Virus record (IMG/VR): IMGVR_UViG_2740892031_000004
Direction: 5' to 3' (one strand)
DNA length: 15,282 nucleotides
Origin: a virus
Taxonomy: Duplodnaviria; Heunggongvirae; Uroviricota; Caudoviricetes
Under the pieces are notes generated by a model. The model was not told the origin of the DNA and did no database searches. It saw only the letters and a program-made list of their open reading frames with translations. Made by a program: the position numbers and the translations under genes. Shown here in pieces: positions 7,194 to 14,526 of the stretch; positions within the stretch are counted from its first letter, which is position 1; every line of letters begins with the position of its first letter.

Positions 7194-7316
7194 GTCTTTT
7201 TCCCTTTTCTGGTTAACGTAACATACCAATAACTCTTGTCGGAAAAGCCAGCAAGCTGAAAGACCGGTATTCGCAACCACCAGCGCGTTTAATGTTCTGT
7301 GCCGTTTTTCAGGCAT

Positions 7317-7340
7317 AAAAAAACCCGCAAAAAGCGGGCT
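7317..7340 (-). terminator. intrinsic terminator about 80 nt downstream of Q (tR'-like)
   Basis: Stem CCCGC / GCGGG (7324-7338) with AAAAA loop; on the minus strand the hairpin is followed by a T7 run (complement of A7 at 7317-7323). Position matches the lambdoid pR'-qut-tR' layout. Confidence 0.55.
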
Positions 7341-7417
7341 CTTTCAAATGTCCATGTCTGCTATTCGCCTCGTGGTACAGCTTTGCGAAGCGTACCGGAA
7401 TTGAAGCAGTTTTTACG

Positions 7418-7972
7418 TCAAAAAGCAATAACTTTTTCCTCTATACCAAAAGCCATAACCATTGGTTTGTACAAAATAAATTCTGCCACCTTTAGCCAAT
7501 GCTCAATGCGTCTTTCACAGGTTCTTAAACTCCATTCCGGGTGTGCATCATTCAGCAGTTCAGCCATTTTGCGCTTAGTCATCCCCCGCCCCACATAACG
7601 CTGACTCAGGACATTGAGCAGCCCGGGATAGCCTGCCAGGACTTCACCAATAACCCTGTCGATTATTAACGCCTCTGAATCGGTACAATGTGCCAGCCAG
7701 CTTTTTTGATTGCCGTTGATCATATCCCGCAAAAAAGCCTCAAGTTCAGGTTTGTCCAGACCAGCTTTTTTCATCCTCCGGAGCGCCTCGTTAATTGCCG
7801 TTTTTGTCAGCTTTTTAGAGGTCAGTAATTGGTTGAACATATTTCCCGTCTTACCGCCGCCAATATACGACCACCGCCCCCACATCCGTAATTTCCCCTG
7901 GATCCAGACTGCTTCCAGCGTTTTTAGACGTAAATGCTCGCCGCTTTTGCCTGTAATTTCCGGATATATCAT
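7418..7972 (-). CDS. Q: late-gene antiterminator Q (Phage_antitermQ-like)
   Basis: 184 aa from ATG at 7970-7972 (ORF track starts at GTG 7984, overlapping the rusA stop). Sits directly upstream of a terminator and the lysis genes, and downstream of rusA. Family call is from recalled Q sequences. Confidence 0.75.
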   Translation of the reverse strand: MIYPEITGKSGEHLRLKTLEAVWIQGKLRMWGRWSYIGGGKTGNMFNQLLTSKKLTKTAINEALRRMKKAGLDKPELEAFLRDMINGNQKSWLAHCTDSEALIIDRVIGEVLAGYPGLLNVLSQRYVGRGMTKRKMAELLNDAHPEWSLRTCERRIEHWLKVAEFILYKPMVMAFGIEEKVIAF

Positions 7973-7980
7973 ATTTACGC

Positions 7981-8340
7981 TCACTCACTCTCAATTTTGT
8001 AAATCTTCACACCCAGCCGTCCACCAGATACTGGCTGACCACGTACAATATTGATTTCATCAAACTGCTCATCGTCCATTAACACTCCCGCATGCGTCAG
8101 CGCATCCAGCGGTGCTTTCAGGATATTGTCCAGGTCGCGACGACGCTTATCCGGTGGCTCTGCAATCACCTTTATCGCCAGCCTTCCGGACAGGCTTAAT
8201 TTCAGCCGCTGCTGGCGAACAATAAGCGCCACAGCCCGGCGATAACGCTTTCCCTCCTCCGAGATAAAATATGTGCTGCCACGGCGTCGCCAGTAAGTGT
8301 TCACCGTCGGCGGGTAAGGTAAAACCAAATCTATGAGCAT
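7981..8340 (-). CDS. rusA: Holliday-junction resolvase RusA
   Basis: 119 aa; core motifs match recalled E. coli RusA (PDKRRRDLDNILKAPLDALTHAGVLMDDEQ vs [30 protein letters not shown]; GGRL near the C-terminus). Confidence 0.9.
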   Translation of the reverse strand: MLIDLVLPYPPTVNTYWRRRGSTYFISEEGKRYRRAVALIVRQQRLKLSLSGRLAIKVIAEPPDKRRRDLDNILKAPLDALTHAGVLMDDEQFDEINIVRGQPVSGGRLGVKIYKIESE

Positions 8341-8352
8341 CAGTCACCTCTT

Positions 8353-9402
8353 TTACCCAAGCACGCCAGTTGCAAAGGCGTGATCAAGAAAACGAAAAAT
8401 TAAATCAACCTGAGAACCATGCTTTTCTTCGAACGCCAGAGGATCCGCATGAAGCTCGTTGTGATGCTCCCGACACAGCGGTAGCGTGAAAATATCGTGA
8501 GATTTTGTCCCCATTCCGCCCTGACCATGACCAATCAGGTGATGGGGATCGTCGGCTGGCTTACCACAACACGCACACGGCTGTGTCTTCACCCAGCGTT
8601 TGTATTTCTCGTTAACCCAGCGGCGACGTTTAGGTCGTTTCATGAAAGATTCCGGAGACTCAGGATCAACGGCAATGCTGACCACCGTCTTTTCCTGTGG
8701 TGGGTTCTGTTGCTGGTGGGCGTGAGGCAGCGGCGCAATATTTTTTGTGCGCTGTTTCAGTATGCTGGTGGCGGTCTGCTCTCCCGGTACGATGTCGCTT
8801 TCACGGTACATTGAGCGGATTTTTTCCGCACGCAACCCCAGCGAACGACGTAATACCACTTCCGGTAGCGCGTCCGCCACCTGATTGCGGACCGCCCACC
8901 AGGATAATTCAGCCAGAGATAATTCACGCTCCTGCGTACCGCTTATTGCGTGACCGATGACGTCAATCATCCATGCTGACAGGTTTTGATGAGCAAGTTG
9001 CTCGAGTGATTCGGATGTCTGGTCACGCAGCTGGTTATCGCAGTGCCAGCACAACACCATTGCGCCGGTACCATAACGGTGAATGACGGTTTCGCTGTGA
9101 TGATAATCGCCGTGTGGCCACTGGCAGGATTTAATATGGCGCAACAGCCAGTCAGACAATGCACCAGCACCACCAGCAGCACGAATCACCCGTGCGTTAC
9201 TGAAAAACGGCAGCAATGTTTTGTCTTCCACCAGCGGCTGGCGAGCGGCAGGAACGACCCCGGACGGCAGATTACGCATGCTTTTCGGTTCCGGCTCCAC
9301 CAGTAACCGGGTATTGTGGAATACCGGCATGGATTCACGGCCCGGCTTAACGATCACCAGCCCGAGTTCCGGTACCAGAACAGATCGAAGTAATACCCGC
9401 AC
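8353..9402 (-). CDS. DUF968-family phage protein (YdfU-like) with C-terminal HNH/zinc-finger-like motif
   Basis: 349 aa (GTG start at 9402; alternative ATG at 9328-9330). C-terminal CACCGK...DPHHLIGHG...CREHHNELH is an HNH-like Cys/His cluster. Size and position (between rem-like and Q) match Qin-prophage ydfU. Confidence 0.75.
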   Translation of the reverse strand: MRVLLRSVLVPELGLVIVKPGRESMPVFHNTRLLVEPEPKSMRNLPSGVVPAARQPLVEDKTLLPFFSNARVIRAAGGAGALSDWLLRHIKSCQWPHGDYHHSETVIHRYGTGAMVLCWHCDNQLRDQTSESLEQLAHQNLSAWMIDVIGHAISGTQERELSLAELSWWAVRNQVADALPEVVLRRSLGLRAEKIRSMYRESDIVPGEQTATSILKQRTKNIAPLPHAHQQQNPPQEKTVVSIAVDPESPESFMKRPKRRRWVNEKYKRWVKTQPCACCGKPADDPHHLIGHGQGGMGTKSHDIFTLPLCREHHNELHADPLAFEEKHGSQVDLIFRFLDHAFATGVLG

Positions 9403-9403
9403 G

Positions 9404-9682
9404 TTACCTCCAGATGCGTTGCTGGAATGTGCGGGACGGACGCGGTGGGCGTTCGGAGTAAGGAAGCCTGACGGAGATTATCCAGTGACGATAATCGAGG
9501 CTGAGGGCTTTCTTAATCTCGTATCCGTGTCTGCGGTAGCACTGAATTAGCCACTCGGCCTGTTCTTCAGTGCATGGGGGATGCTGGAACCAGTCAGATT
9601 TGAAAGTGCGGGAACACCGCCCGTGCCTGCTGGCAAAGACGGCAGAATCATCAGAATTGTGTAATTTGGTATCGTGCGCCAT
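9404..9682 (-). CDS. small hypothetical protein (92 aa), positionally rem-like
   Basis: ATG at 9680-9682; the ORF-track N-terminal extension (GTG 9811) would run through the hok terminator, so the internal ATG is preferred. Lies between hok and the DUF968 gene as rem does in Qin; sequence identity not confirmed. Confidence 0.45.
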   Translation of the reverse strand: MAHDTKLHNSDDSAVFASRHGRCSRTFKSDWFQHPPCTEEQAEWLIQCYRRHGYEIKKALSLDYRHWIISVRLPYSERPPRPSRTFQQRIWR

Positions 9683-9750
9683 CGGTTGTCTCTGCTGGCG
9701 CAGCAGGTGCCAGTTGTTCAGGCTGGCGTGCGAATTGTAAACCAGAATGC

Positions 9751-9781
9751 CAGGAAAAAACAAAACCCGCCGAAGCGGGTT
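9751..9781 (-). terminator. intrinsic terminator ending the hok transcript
   Basis: Stem AACCCGC / GCGGGTT (9764-9781) with CGAA loop; on the minus strand followed by TTGTTTTTTCC. About 70 nt downstream of the hok stop. Confidence 0.6.
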
Positions 9782-9848
9782 AAGTGCGGGTGCGTTGAGG
9801 ATGCCTGACACATCAGAGGTGGCGAGGGATTCTCCCCCGCCTGGTCTC

Positions 9849-10004
9849 TTACTCCTCAGGTTCGTAAGCTGTGAAGACAGTGACCTCCGTCTGGCCGGTT
9901 CGGATTCGTACCTCGCAGAGGTCTTTCCTCGTTACCAGTGCCGTCATTATGACGGTTAAACAGATGACGATCAGGGCGATTAACATCGCCTTTTGCTGCT
10001 TCAT
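9849..10004 (-). CDS. hokD: Hok/Gef-family type I toxin (51 aa)
   Basis: Minus-strand translation MKQQKAMLIALIVICLTVIMTALVTRKDLCEVRIRTGQTEVTVFTAYEPEE matches the Hok family and is nearly identical to my recollection of HokD/RelF. AAGGAG SD 9 nt upstream of the ATG at 10002-10004. Below the 60-aa cutoff, so absent from the ORF track. Confidence 0.85.
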   Translation of the reverse strand: MKQQKAMLIALIVICLTVIMTALVTRKDLCEVRIRTGQTEVTVFTAYEPEE

Positions 10005-10260
10005 AGCCTGCTTCTCCTTGACCTTTCGGTCCGTAAGAGGCTAATCTCTATGTGTCGCATAGATATGGCCTCAGATTAATGTTAAGCGTCTTGCAGGACC
10101 GCGTAATGTTAACTGGGGCTTTTCTCTATCTGCCTTTTGGTGTTCATGCCTGAGACAGATAGCCTCAAGCACCCGCAGTCATTCTACTTAACTAAGATTT
10201 CCCCGCAAACCGTTTTTGTCCGGCACAGTAAATATCCAACTAAACCAATGGCGTTCGCTG
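10005..10260 (-). promoter_or_regulatory. hok mRNA leader region (expected site of mok overlap and sok-type antisense control)
   Basis: Non-coding stretch upstream of hok. Hok loci normally carry a long structured leader with an antisense RNA; the individual elements were not resolved here. Confidence 0.3.
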
Positions 10261-10263
10261 TAT

Positions 10264-10443
10264 TTACCGCCAGTATTCAATGCACATGACCGCCATGAAC
10301 ACCCCTAAAAAAAGGGCATTTATATGTCCAAACATTAATATCAAAACATCAACTTTTTCCATATACCTTGCTGTGAAGATGATGGGCATACATGATGCGA
10401 ACAACCAGAACGCAACAAACAAAAACTGCAATGCGTTTTTCAT
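10264..10443 (-). CDS. small membrane peptide (59 aa, two hydrophobic helices) in an AT-rich islet
   Basis: ATG at 10441-10443 with GGGGGA upstream; MKNALQFLFVAFWLFASCMPIIFTARYMEKVDVLILMFGHINALFLGVFMAVMCIEYWR. Flanked by AT-rich non-coding sequence (10444-10613). Confidence 0.4.
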   Translation of the reverse strand: MKNALQFLFVAFWLFASCMPIIFTARYMEKVDVLILMFGHINALFLGVFMAVMCIEYWR

Positions 10444-10613
10444 TATTCCCCCTACAATCAATGTGCAATAACATTTAAACACACCTCAATTTGGCCGGAC
10501 ATATAAATATCTAAACCAGAAAAAATCACTTACATAGCGTTACAAACTCTTTAGTCTAAATATTCATCGCAAAATATTCCCCATACTTATCAGCCCGTTC
10601 TGCGCCAGGTAGC

Positions 10614-10928
10614 TCATTGCCTTATCTGGGAATCTGTAATCAGGTTTCCGGATGCTGGTGGATTTTCGCGTTTTAGTTGTTCATAAAAGTGCACAGCTTT
10701 AACCAGTTCTTCTGATGTCACCGGAACTGGCGGGGCAGCGAATAAGGCCTGAATTTCATAGTTCGGCCTGTCGTTGCAATCCTCTTTTGTCGGTACATAT
10801 TTCCAGTCACCAACCCACAGATTCTCCTGAAAGTCCGTAACGCCTTTTTTCACGTAGCGATATCGCCATGCAACTGGTTTTGCCTGCCCTGCCGTTTCAT
10901 GCCCTTCCTGATAATTAATCTCGCTCAT
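10614..10928 (-). CDS. hypothetical phage protein (104 aa) with MSEINYQ N-terminus
   Basis: ATG at 10926-10928 overlaps the upstream gene stop (ATGA). Shares its first 7 codons with the Ea22-like gene at 13657. Confidence 0.6.
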   Translation of the reverse strand: MSEINYQEGHETAGQAKPVAWRYRYVKKGVTDFQENLWVGDWKYVPTKEDCNDRPNYEIQALFAAPPVPVTSEELVKAVHFYEQLKRENPPASGNLITDSQIRQ

Positions 10929-11095
10929 TCATCGCCCCACTCATCACAATATGCTTCGACCGGAGTTTTTCCTGCTTCATAATCATCACGCCATGCTTCA
11001 GCAGCACTGCCACCACGTAACTCTGCATAGTCCATTAACAGTTCATGCCATGCTTCAAAACTGACGTTGTATTTAGTTGAACCAAAATCAGCCAT
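10925..11095 (-). CDS. small hypothetical protein (56 aa)
   Basis: Translated by hand (below the track cutoff): MADFGSTKYNVSFEAWHELLMDYAELRGGSAAEAWRDDYEAGKTPVEAYCDEWGDE. ATG at 11093-11095; stop overlaps the next start. Confidence 0.45.
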   Translation of the reverse strand: MADFGSTKYNVSFEAWHELLMDYAELRGGSAAEAWRDDYEAGKTPVEAYCDEWGDE

Positions 11096-11270
11096 TTTGC
11101 TCTTCCTCTTCGTCTTTTATTTCGTGATATGAGTAATTGCAGTAGTTAAAGAAAATATCTTTTGCTTCGTCATGTATTTCATCAGGCGTCGCATCATCAT
11201 CCACTTCGAATTCATCCTCGAAATCTCCACCGGCTATTCCCGTTTCAATAATTATTTTAAACTTTCGCAT
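11088..11270 (-). CDS. small acidic hypothetical protein (60 aa)
   Basis: ATG at 11268-11270, preceded by GAAAGGG within a GNRA-loop hairpin; Asp/Glu-rich sequence. Confidence 0.5.
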   Translation of the reverse strand: MRKFKIIIETGIAGGDFEDEFEVDDDATPDEIHDEAKDIFFNYCNYSYHEIKDEEEEQNG

Positions 11271-11363
11271 TTAACTACCGCCCTTTCGGGCGGCCTCCTG
11301 ATGTTCTGAGGGTGCAGAAATCCCTCCGGTTAAGGATTAAATTTTTAACAGAGCTAAATTTAA

Positions 11364-11658
11364 TTATTCAGTTCTGGATTTTGTCGCCCTGCGTATCCGC
11401 GCTTTCGCGTTACGCTCAATCTGAATTAGCTTTTCTATATTTTTTCGCCTTTCCCGCTCCTCCTGACGCAAGAGCCTTACATCATCTGCCAGTCTGGTTT
11501 CTCTTTTCGCCACAGAGAGCATCCAGTCAAATGGTTCCACAACTGCACCGCAGATTTTACAGCGGACCTGACGCTCTTTTTCGTCAACCCGGACAGAGGC
11601 GTGATGACAATATGGTCTTTCCGATGGCTCATAAAGAAAATTAACCTGATTACGAGGG
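11364..11658 (-). pseudogene. C-terminal part of a small gene split by IS2
   Basis: The frame continues across the IS2 junction. Joining 13056..12990 to 11658..11364 and removing one GAGGG copy gives an intact 117-aa ORF (MEIKPEDELSNIVLFPVKEDDPRNQVNFLYEPSERPYCHHASVRVDEKERQVRCKICGAVVEPFDW...) with a CxHH...CxxC motif. Confidence 0.7.
11654..11658. repeat. IS2 target-site duplication, left copy (GAGGG)
   Basis: GAGGG immediately left of the IS2 end; identical GAGGG at 12990-12994. Confidence 0.8.
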
Positions 11659-11749
11659 TAGACTGGCCCCCTGAATCTCCAGACAACCAATATCACTTAT
11701 TTAAGTGATAGTCTTAATACTAGTTTTTAGACTAGTCATTGGAGAACAG

Positions 11750-12115
11750 ATGATTGATGTCTTAGGGCCGGAGAAACGCAGACGGCGTACCACACAGGAA
11801 AAGATCGCAATTGTTCAGCAGAGCTTTGAACCGGGGATGACGGTCTCCCTCGTTGCCCGGCAACATGGTGTAGCAGCCAGCCAGTTATTTCTCTGGCGTA
11901 AGCAATACCAGGAAGGAAGTCTTACTGCTGTCGCCGCCGGAGAACAGGTTGTTCCTGCCTCTGAACTTGCTGCCGCCATGAAGCAGATTAAAGAACTCCA
12001 GCGCCTGCTCGGCAAGAAAACGATGGAAAATGAACTCCTCAAAGAAGCCGTTGAATATGGACGGGCAAAAAAGTGGATAGCGCACGCGCCCTTATTGCCC
12101 GGGGATGGGGAGTAA
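11750..12115 (+). CDS. insC: IS2 OrfA (InsC)
   Basis: 121 aa, [40 protein letters not shown]... matches recalled InsC. ORF track starts at an upstream GTG (11705). Confidence 0.9.
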
Positions 12116-12978
12116 GCTTAGTCAGCCGTTGTCTCCGGGTGTCGCGTGCGCAGTTGCACGTCATTCTCAGACGAACCGATGACTGGATGGATGGCCGCCG
12201 CAGTCGTCACACTGATGATACGGATGTGCTTCTCCGTATACACCATGTTATCGGAGAGCTGCCCACGTATGGTTATCGTCGGGTATGGGCGCTGCTTCGC
12301 AGACAGGCAGAACTTGATGGTATGCCTGCGATCAATGCCAAACGTGTTTACCGGATCATGCGCCAGAATGCGCTGTTGCTTGAGCGAAAACCTGCTGTAC
12401 CGCCATCGAAACGGGCACATACAGGCAGAGTGGCCGTGAAAGAAAGCAATCAGCGATGGTGCTCTGACGGGTTCGAGTTCTGCTGTGATAACGGAGAGAG
12501 ACTGCGTGTCACGTTCGCGCTGGACTGCTGTGATCGTGAGGCACTGCACTGGGCGGTCACTACCGGCGGCTTCAACAGTGAAACAGTACAGGACGTCATG
12601 CTGGGAGCGGTGGAACGCCGCTTCGGCAACGATCTTCCGTCGTCTCCAGTGGAGTGGCTGACGGATAATGGTTCATGCTACCGGGCTAATGAAACACGCC
12701 AGTTCGCCCGGATGTTGGGACTTGAACCGAAGAACACGGCGGTGCGGAGTCCGGAGAGTAACGGAATAGCAGAGAGCTTCGTGAAAACGATAAAGCGTGA
12801 CTACATCAGTATCATGCCCAAACCAGACGGGTTAACGGCAGCAAAGAACCTTGCAGAGGCGTTCGAGCATTATAACGAATGGCATCCGCATAGTGCGCTG
12901 GGTTATCGCTCGCCACGGGAATATCTGCGGCAGCGGGCTTGTAATGGGTTAAGTGATAACAGATGTCTGGAAATATAG
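12073..12978 (+). CDS. insD: IS2 OrfB transposase (InsD), DDE-type
   Basis: 301 aa, [34 protein letters not shown]... matches recalled InsD; overlaps insC as expected for the frameshift-fused IS3-family transposase. Confidence 0.9.
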
Positions 12979-12989
12979 GGGCAAATCCA

Positions 12990-12994
12990 GAGGG
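12990..12994. repeat. IS2 target-site duplication, right copy (GAGGG)
   Basis: Identical to 11654-11658. Confidence 0.8.
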
Positions 12995-13056
12995 TCATCC
13001 TCTTTTACCGGAAATAAAACGATATTGCTTAACTCATCCTCTGGTTTTATTTCCAT
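12990..13056 (-). pseudogene. N-terminal part (22 codons) of the IS2-split gene
   Basis: ATG at 13054-13056 with GGAGAGGAG upstream; MEIKPEDELSNIVLFPVKEDDP then the IS2 end. Overlaps the last 23 nt of the Ea22-like gene. Confidence 0.6.
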
Positions 13057-13657
13057 GCTCCTCTCCTTTGATGCGAATGCCAGCGACGCGTAATGCGTGT
13101 TCCAGGTCAATCAGGTAAAGCCAACTGCCATTTTCTTTAGGTATCATGACATGTCGCTCATCTGCATTTATCGGGTGTCCATATCGAAGGTCGTAGCGAG
13201 TCGGTAATTGAACTTCCCGCGCTTCCAGTTCAGCAATACGCTTGCACCCATCAGAGATAACTCCCTCGTAATACTCGCGCTGCTCGTTGAGTTTTGATTT
13301 TGCTGCTTCAAGCTCAACGAGCAGCTTCCCAACCGTAAGCGCAATATCCTCGTTCTCCTGGTCGCGGCGTTTGATGTATTGCTGGTTTCTTTCCTGTTCA
13401 TCCAGCAGTGCCAGCACGGTAGCCGGGTTAGCCTCTGCTATGAACTCAGCGTTTGCATAAGCCTGAGCATCTGTTTCAATCAGGCAGTTAACATGACGTT
13501 CCGCAATCACGCCACCGGGTTCTCCTTTCCATTTTTGACAAACAAAAACTCCTGTTAAATTGCCGTGTTGGTTAACAGATGTATGCCCTACGATGTAGCT
13601 TCCTTTAGTTGCTTTCTCTGCCTTTTCACGCAGTACCTGATAGTTAATCTCGCTCAT
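13034..13657 (-). CDS. Ea22-like family phage protein (207 aa)
   Basis: Start taken as the ATG at 13655-13657 (MSEINYQ...); ORF track extends to a TTG at 13681. Contains the NAEFIAEANPATVLALLDEQE segment I associate with Ea22-like proteins. Confidence 0.7.
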   Translation of the reverse strand: MSEINYQVLREKAEKATKGSYIVGHTSVNQHGNLTGVFVCQKWKGEPGGVIAERHVNCLIETDAQAYANAEFIAEANPATVLALLDEQERNQQYIKRRDQENEDIALTVGKLLVELEAAKSKLNEQREYYEGVISDGCKRIAELEAREVQLPTRYDLRYGHPINADERHVMIPKENGSWLYLIDLEHALRVAGIRIKGEEHGNKTRG

Positions 13658-13832
13658 TTTTCTCTTCATTCCGGTATACAAGAATTACAACGTCACCTCT
13701 GCTAATTACGCGAGCTGGATCCCCTGGTTCCATGCTGTCAATCCCGAAGGCTTCGAAAAATGCATCCATTGCCTTCTGGCGTTGCTCCTGCTTACGGCGT
13801 TTATTCCATTTTTGAACAACAGTGACAGCCAT
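13644..13832 (-). CDS. small basic hypothetical protein (62 aa)
   Basis: ATG at 13830-13832; charged, helical-looking sequence (KWNKRRKQEQRQKAMDAFFEAFGID). Overlaps the Ea22-like start by 14 nt. Competes with an overlapping 72-aa ORF in another frame. Confidence 0.4.
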   Translation of the reverse strand: MAVTVVQKWNKRRKQEQRQKAMDAFFEAFGIDSMEPGDPARVISRGDVVILVYRNEEKNERD

Positions 13833-13913
13833 CGTCCGCTGCAGAACATGATGTAGAAATAACCAAGAAGTGCCAAGCCGGTGTTCAGGGCCATATCAAT
13901 CGTTATCGCCGGG

Positions 13914-14216
13914 TCAATATTCACTGCCCACCTCCTGAAAAATCACCGCATGGCCCAGTTTCTCCGCCAGTGCCAGCTCAGCCCTTGCACCTGCCGACTG
14001 CTGCCAGCCTTTCAGCATGTAAACCGCATCCACGCAACGGAGCATTGCCATGCAAATATCCATGTAGTGTGGTTGAGTCAGCCCGTCCGGAAGTACTGCC
14101 GGGTTTAAAACGGTATGCCCTTCCCGTTTCAGCGCATCTTCCGCCCTGTGAAACGCCTCGCGGTTGAAATTTTCATATCCCGTCATCGGACCGGCGATAT
14201 AAATCCTCACCCTCAC
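13914..14216 (-). CDS. DUF4406-like protein (nucleoside 2-deoxyribosyltransferase-like fold), 100 aa
   Basis: GTG start at 14214-14216 overlaps the upstream stop (GTGA), with a strong AGGAGGG SD. N-terminal RIYIAGPMTG motif and overall pattern match my recollection of DUF4406. Family call not verified. Confidence 0.6.
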   Translation of the reverse strand: MRVRIYIAGPMTGYENFNREAFHRAEDALKREGHTVLNPAVLPDGLTQPHYMDICMAMLRCVDAVYMLKGWQQSAGARAELALAEKLGHAVIFQEVGSEY

Positions 14217-14467
14217 TCCTGAACCCTCCTGTCGAAATAAACGTAGTTATTCACTGCGCCCAACTTCATCCCAAACTTTTCGGCAATTTCCCGTCGGGGT
14301 ACGCCACGCTGATGCAGTTGCCGCGCCAGCTCAATATCACGCTGTGAATATTTTGCCGACGGGTGAAAATCACCCCGTAAAATCATGCTGATACCCAGTT
14401 CCCGCGCTTTCGTCCTGACGGCTGACTCACTACGACCAATCAGATAACCGATGCTTTCGACTCTCAT
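14213..14467 (-). CDS. small helix-turn-helix protein (84 aa)
   Basis: ATG at 14465-14467. Two HTH-like segments (SIGYLIGRSESAVRTKARELGI and VPRREIAEKFGMKLGAVNNYV). The ORF-track N-terminal extension overlaps the upstream gene. Confidence 0.55.
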   Translation of the reverse strand: MRVESIGYLIGRSESAVRTKARELGISMILRGDFHPSAKYSQRDIELARQLHQRGVPRREIAEKFGMKLGAVNNYVYFDRRVQE

Positions 14468-14526
14468 CGTTCCCGCACACTGCCGGAGTATCAGGATTTC
14501 AGCCCAGCGCCACTTCTTCCAGCCAC

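Larger units (their letters stand above)
11659..12989 (+). mobile_element. insertion sequence IS2 (IS3 family), complete, 1331 bp
   Basis: Left end TAGACTGGCCCCCTGAATCTCCAGACAACC..., right end ...GGAAATATAGGGGCAAATCCA, 1331 bp. Encodes InsC and InsD matching recalled IS2 proteins and is flanked by 5-bp direct repeats. Confidence 0.95.

Noticed and set aside
6031-7316. Possible Shiga toxin genes or tRNA genes in the slot between Q and nanS-p
   Set aside because: No ORF of the right size on the minus strand (stxA about 319 aa, stxB about 89 aa), and no tRNA T-arm (GGTTCGAATCC or its complement) seen by eye. tRNA absence is not definitive without tRNAscan-SE.
8051-9550. ORFs overlapping or antisense to rusA and the DUF968 gene (8051-8245, 8147-8347, 8497-8814, 8697-8960, 8967-9182, 9043-9306, 9221-9550) and 7299-7598, 7710-8054 antisense to Q
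   Set aside because: Shadow ORFs of strongly supported genes.
9747-9959. 70-aa plus-strand ORF overlapping hok
   Set aside because: Antisense to the hok coding sequence and terminator; hok identity is strong. An antisense regulatory RNA here is possible, but not a protein.
10280-10471. 63-aa plus-strand ORF antisense to the 59-aa membrane ORF
   Set aside because: Low-complexity AT-rich translation; the minus-strand ORF has the better SD. Neither is certain.
10005-10613. relB/relE upstream of hok, as in the Qin hokD locus
   Set aside because: No reading frame resembling RelE or RelB in any frame; the region is AT-rich with only the 59-aa membrane ORF.
11312-11696. ORFs 11312-11644 (+) and 11477-11686 (-)
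   Set aside because: Alternative frames over the IS2-split gene; the frame that continues across the IS2 junction is the supported one.
11815-12549. Minus-strand and alternate-frame ORFs inside IS2 (11815-12042, 11885-12085, 12118-12549, 12146-12439)
   Set aside because: IS2 coding capacity is accounted for by insC and insD on the + strand.
13706-13924. 72-aa minus-strand ORF overlapping the 62-aa ORF
   Set aside because: GTG start overlapping the DUF4406-like gene end, internal ATG without SD, and a less protein-like sequence than the competing 62-aa frame. Cannot be fully excluded.
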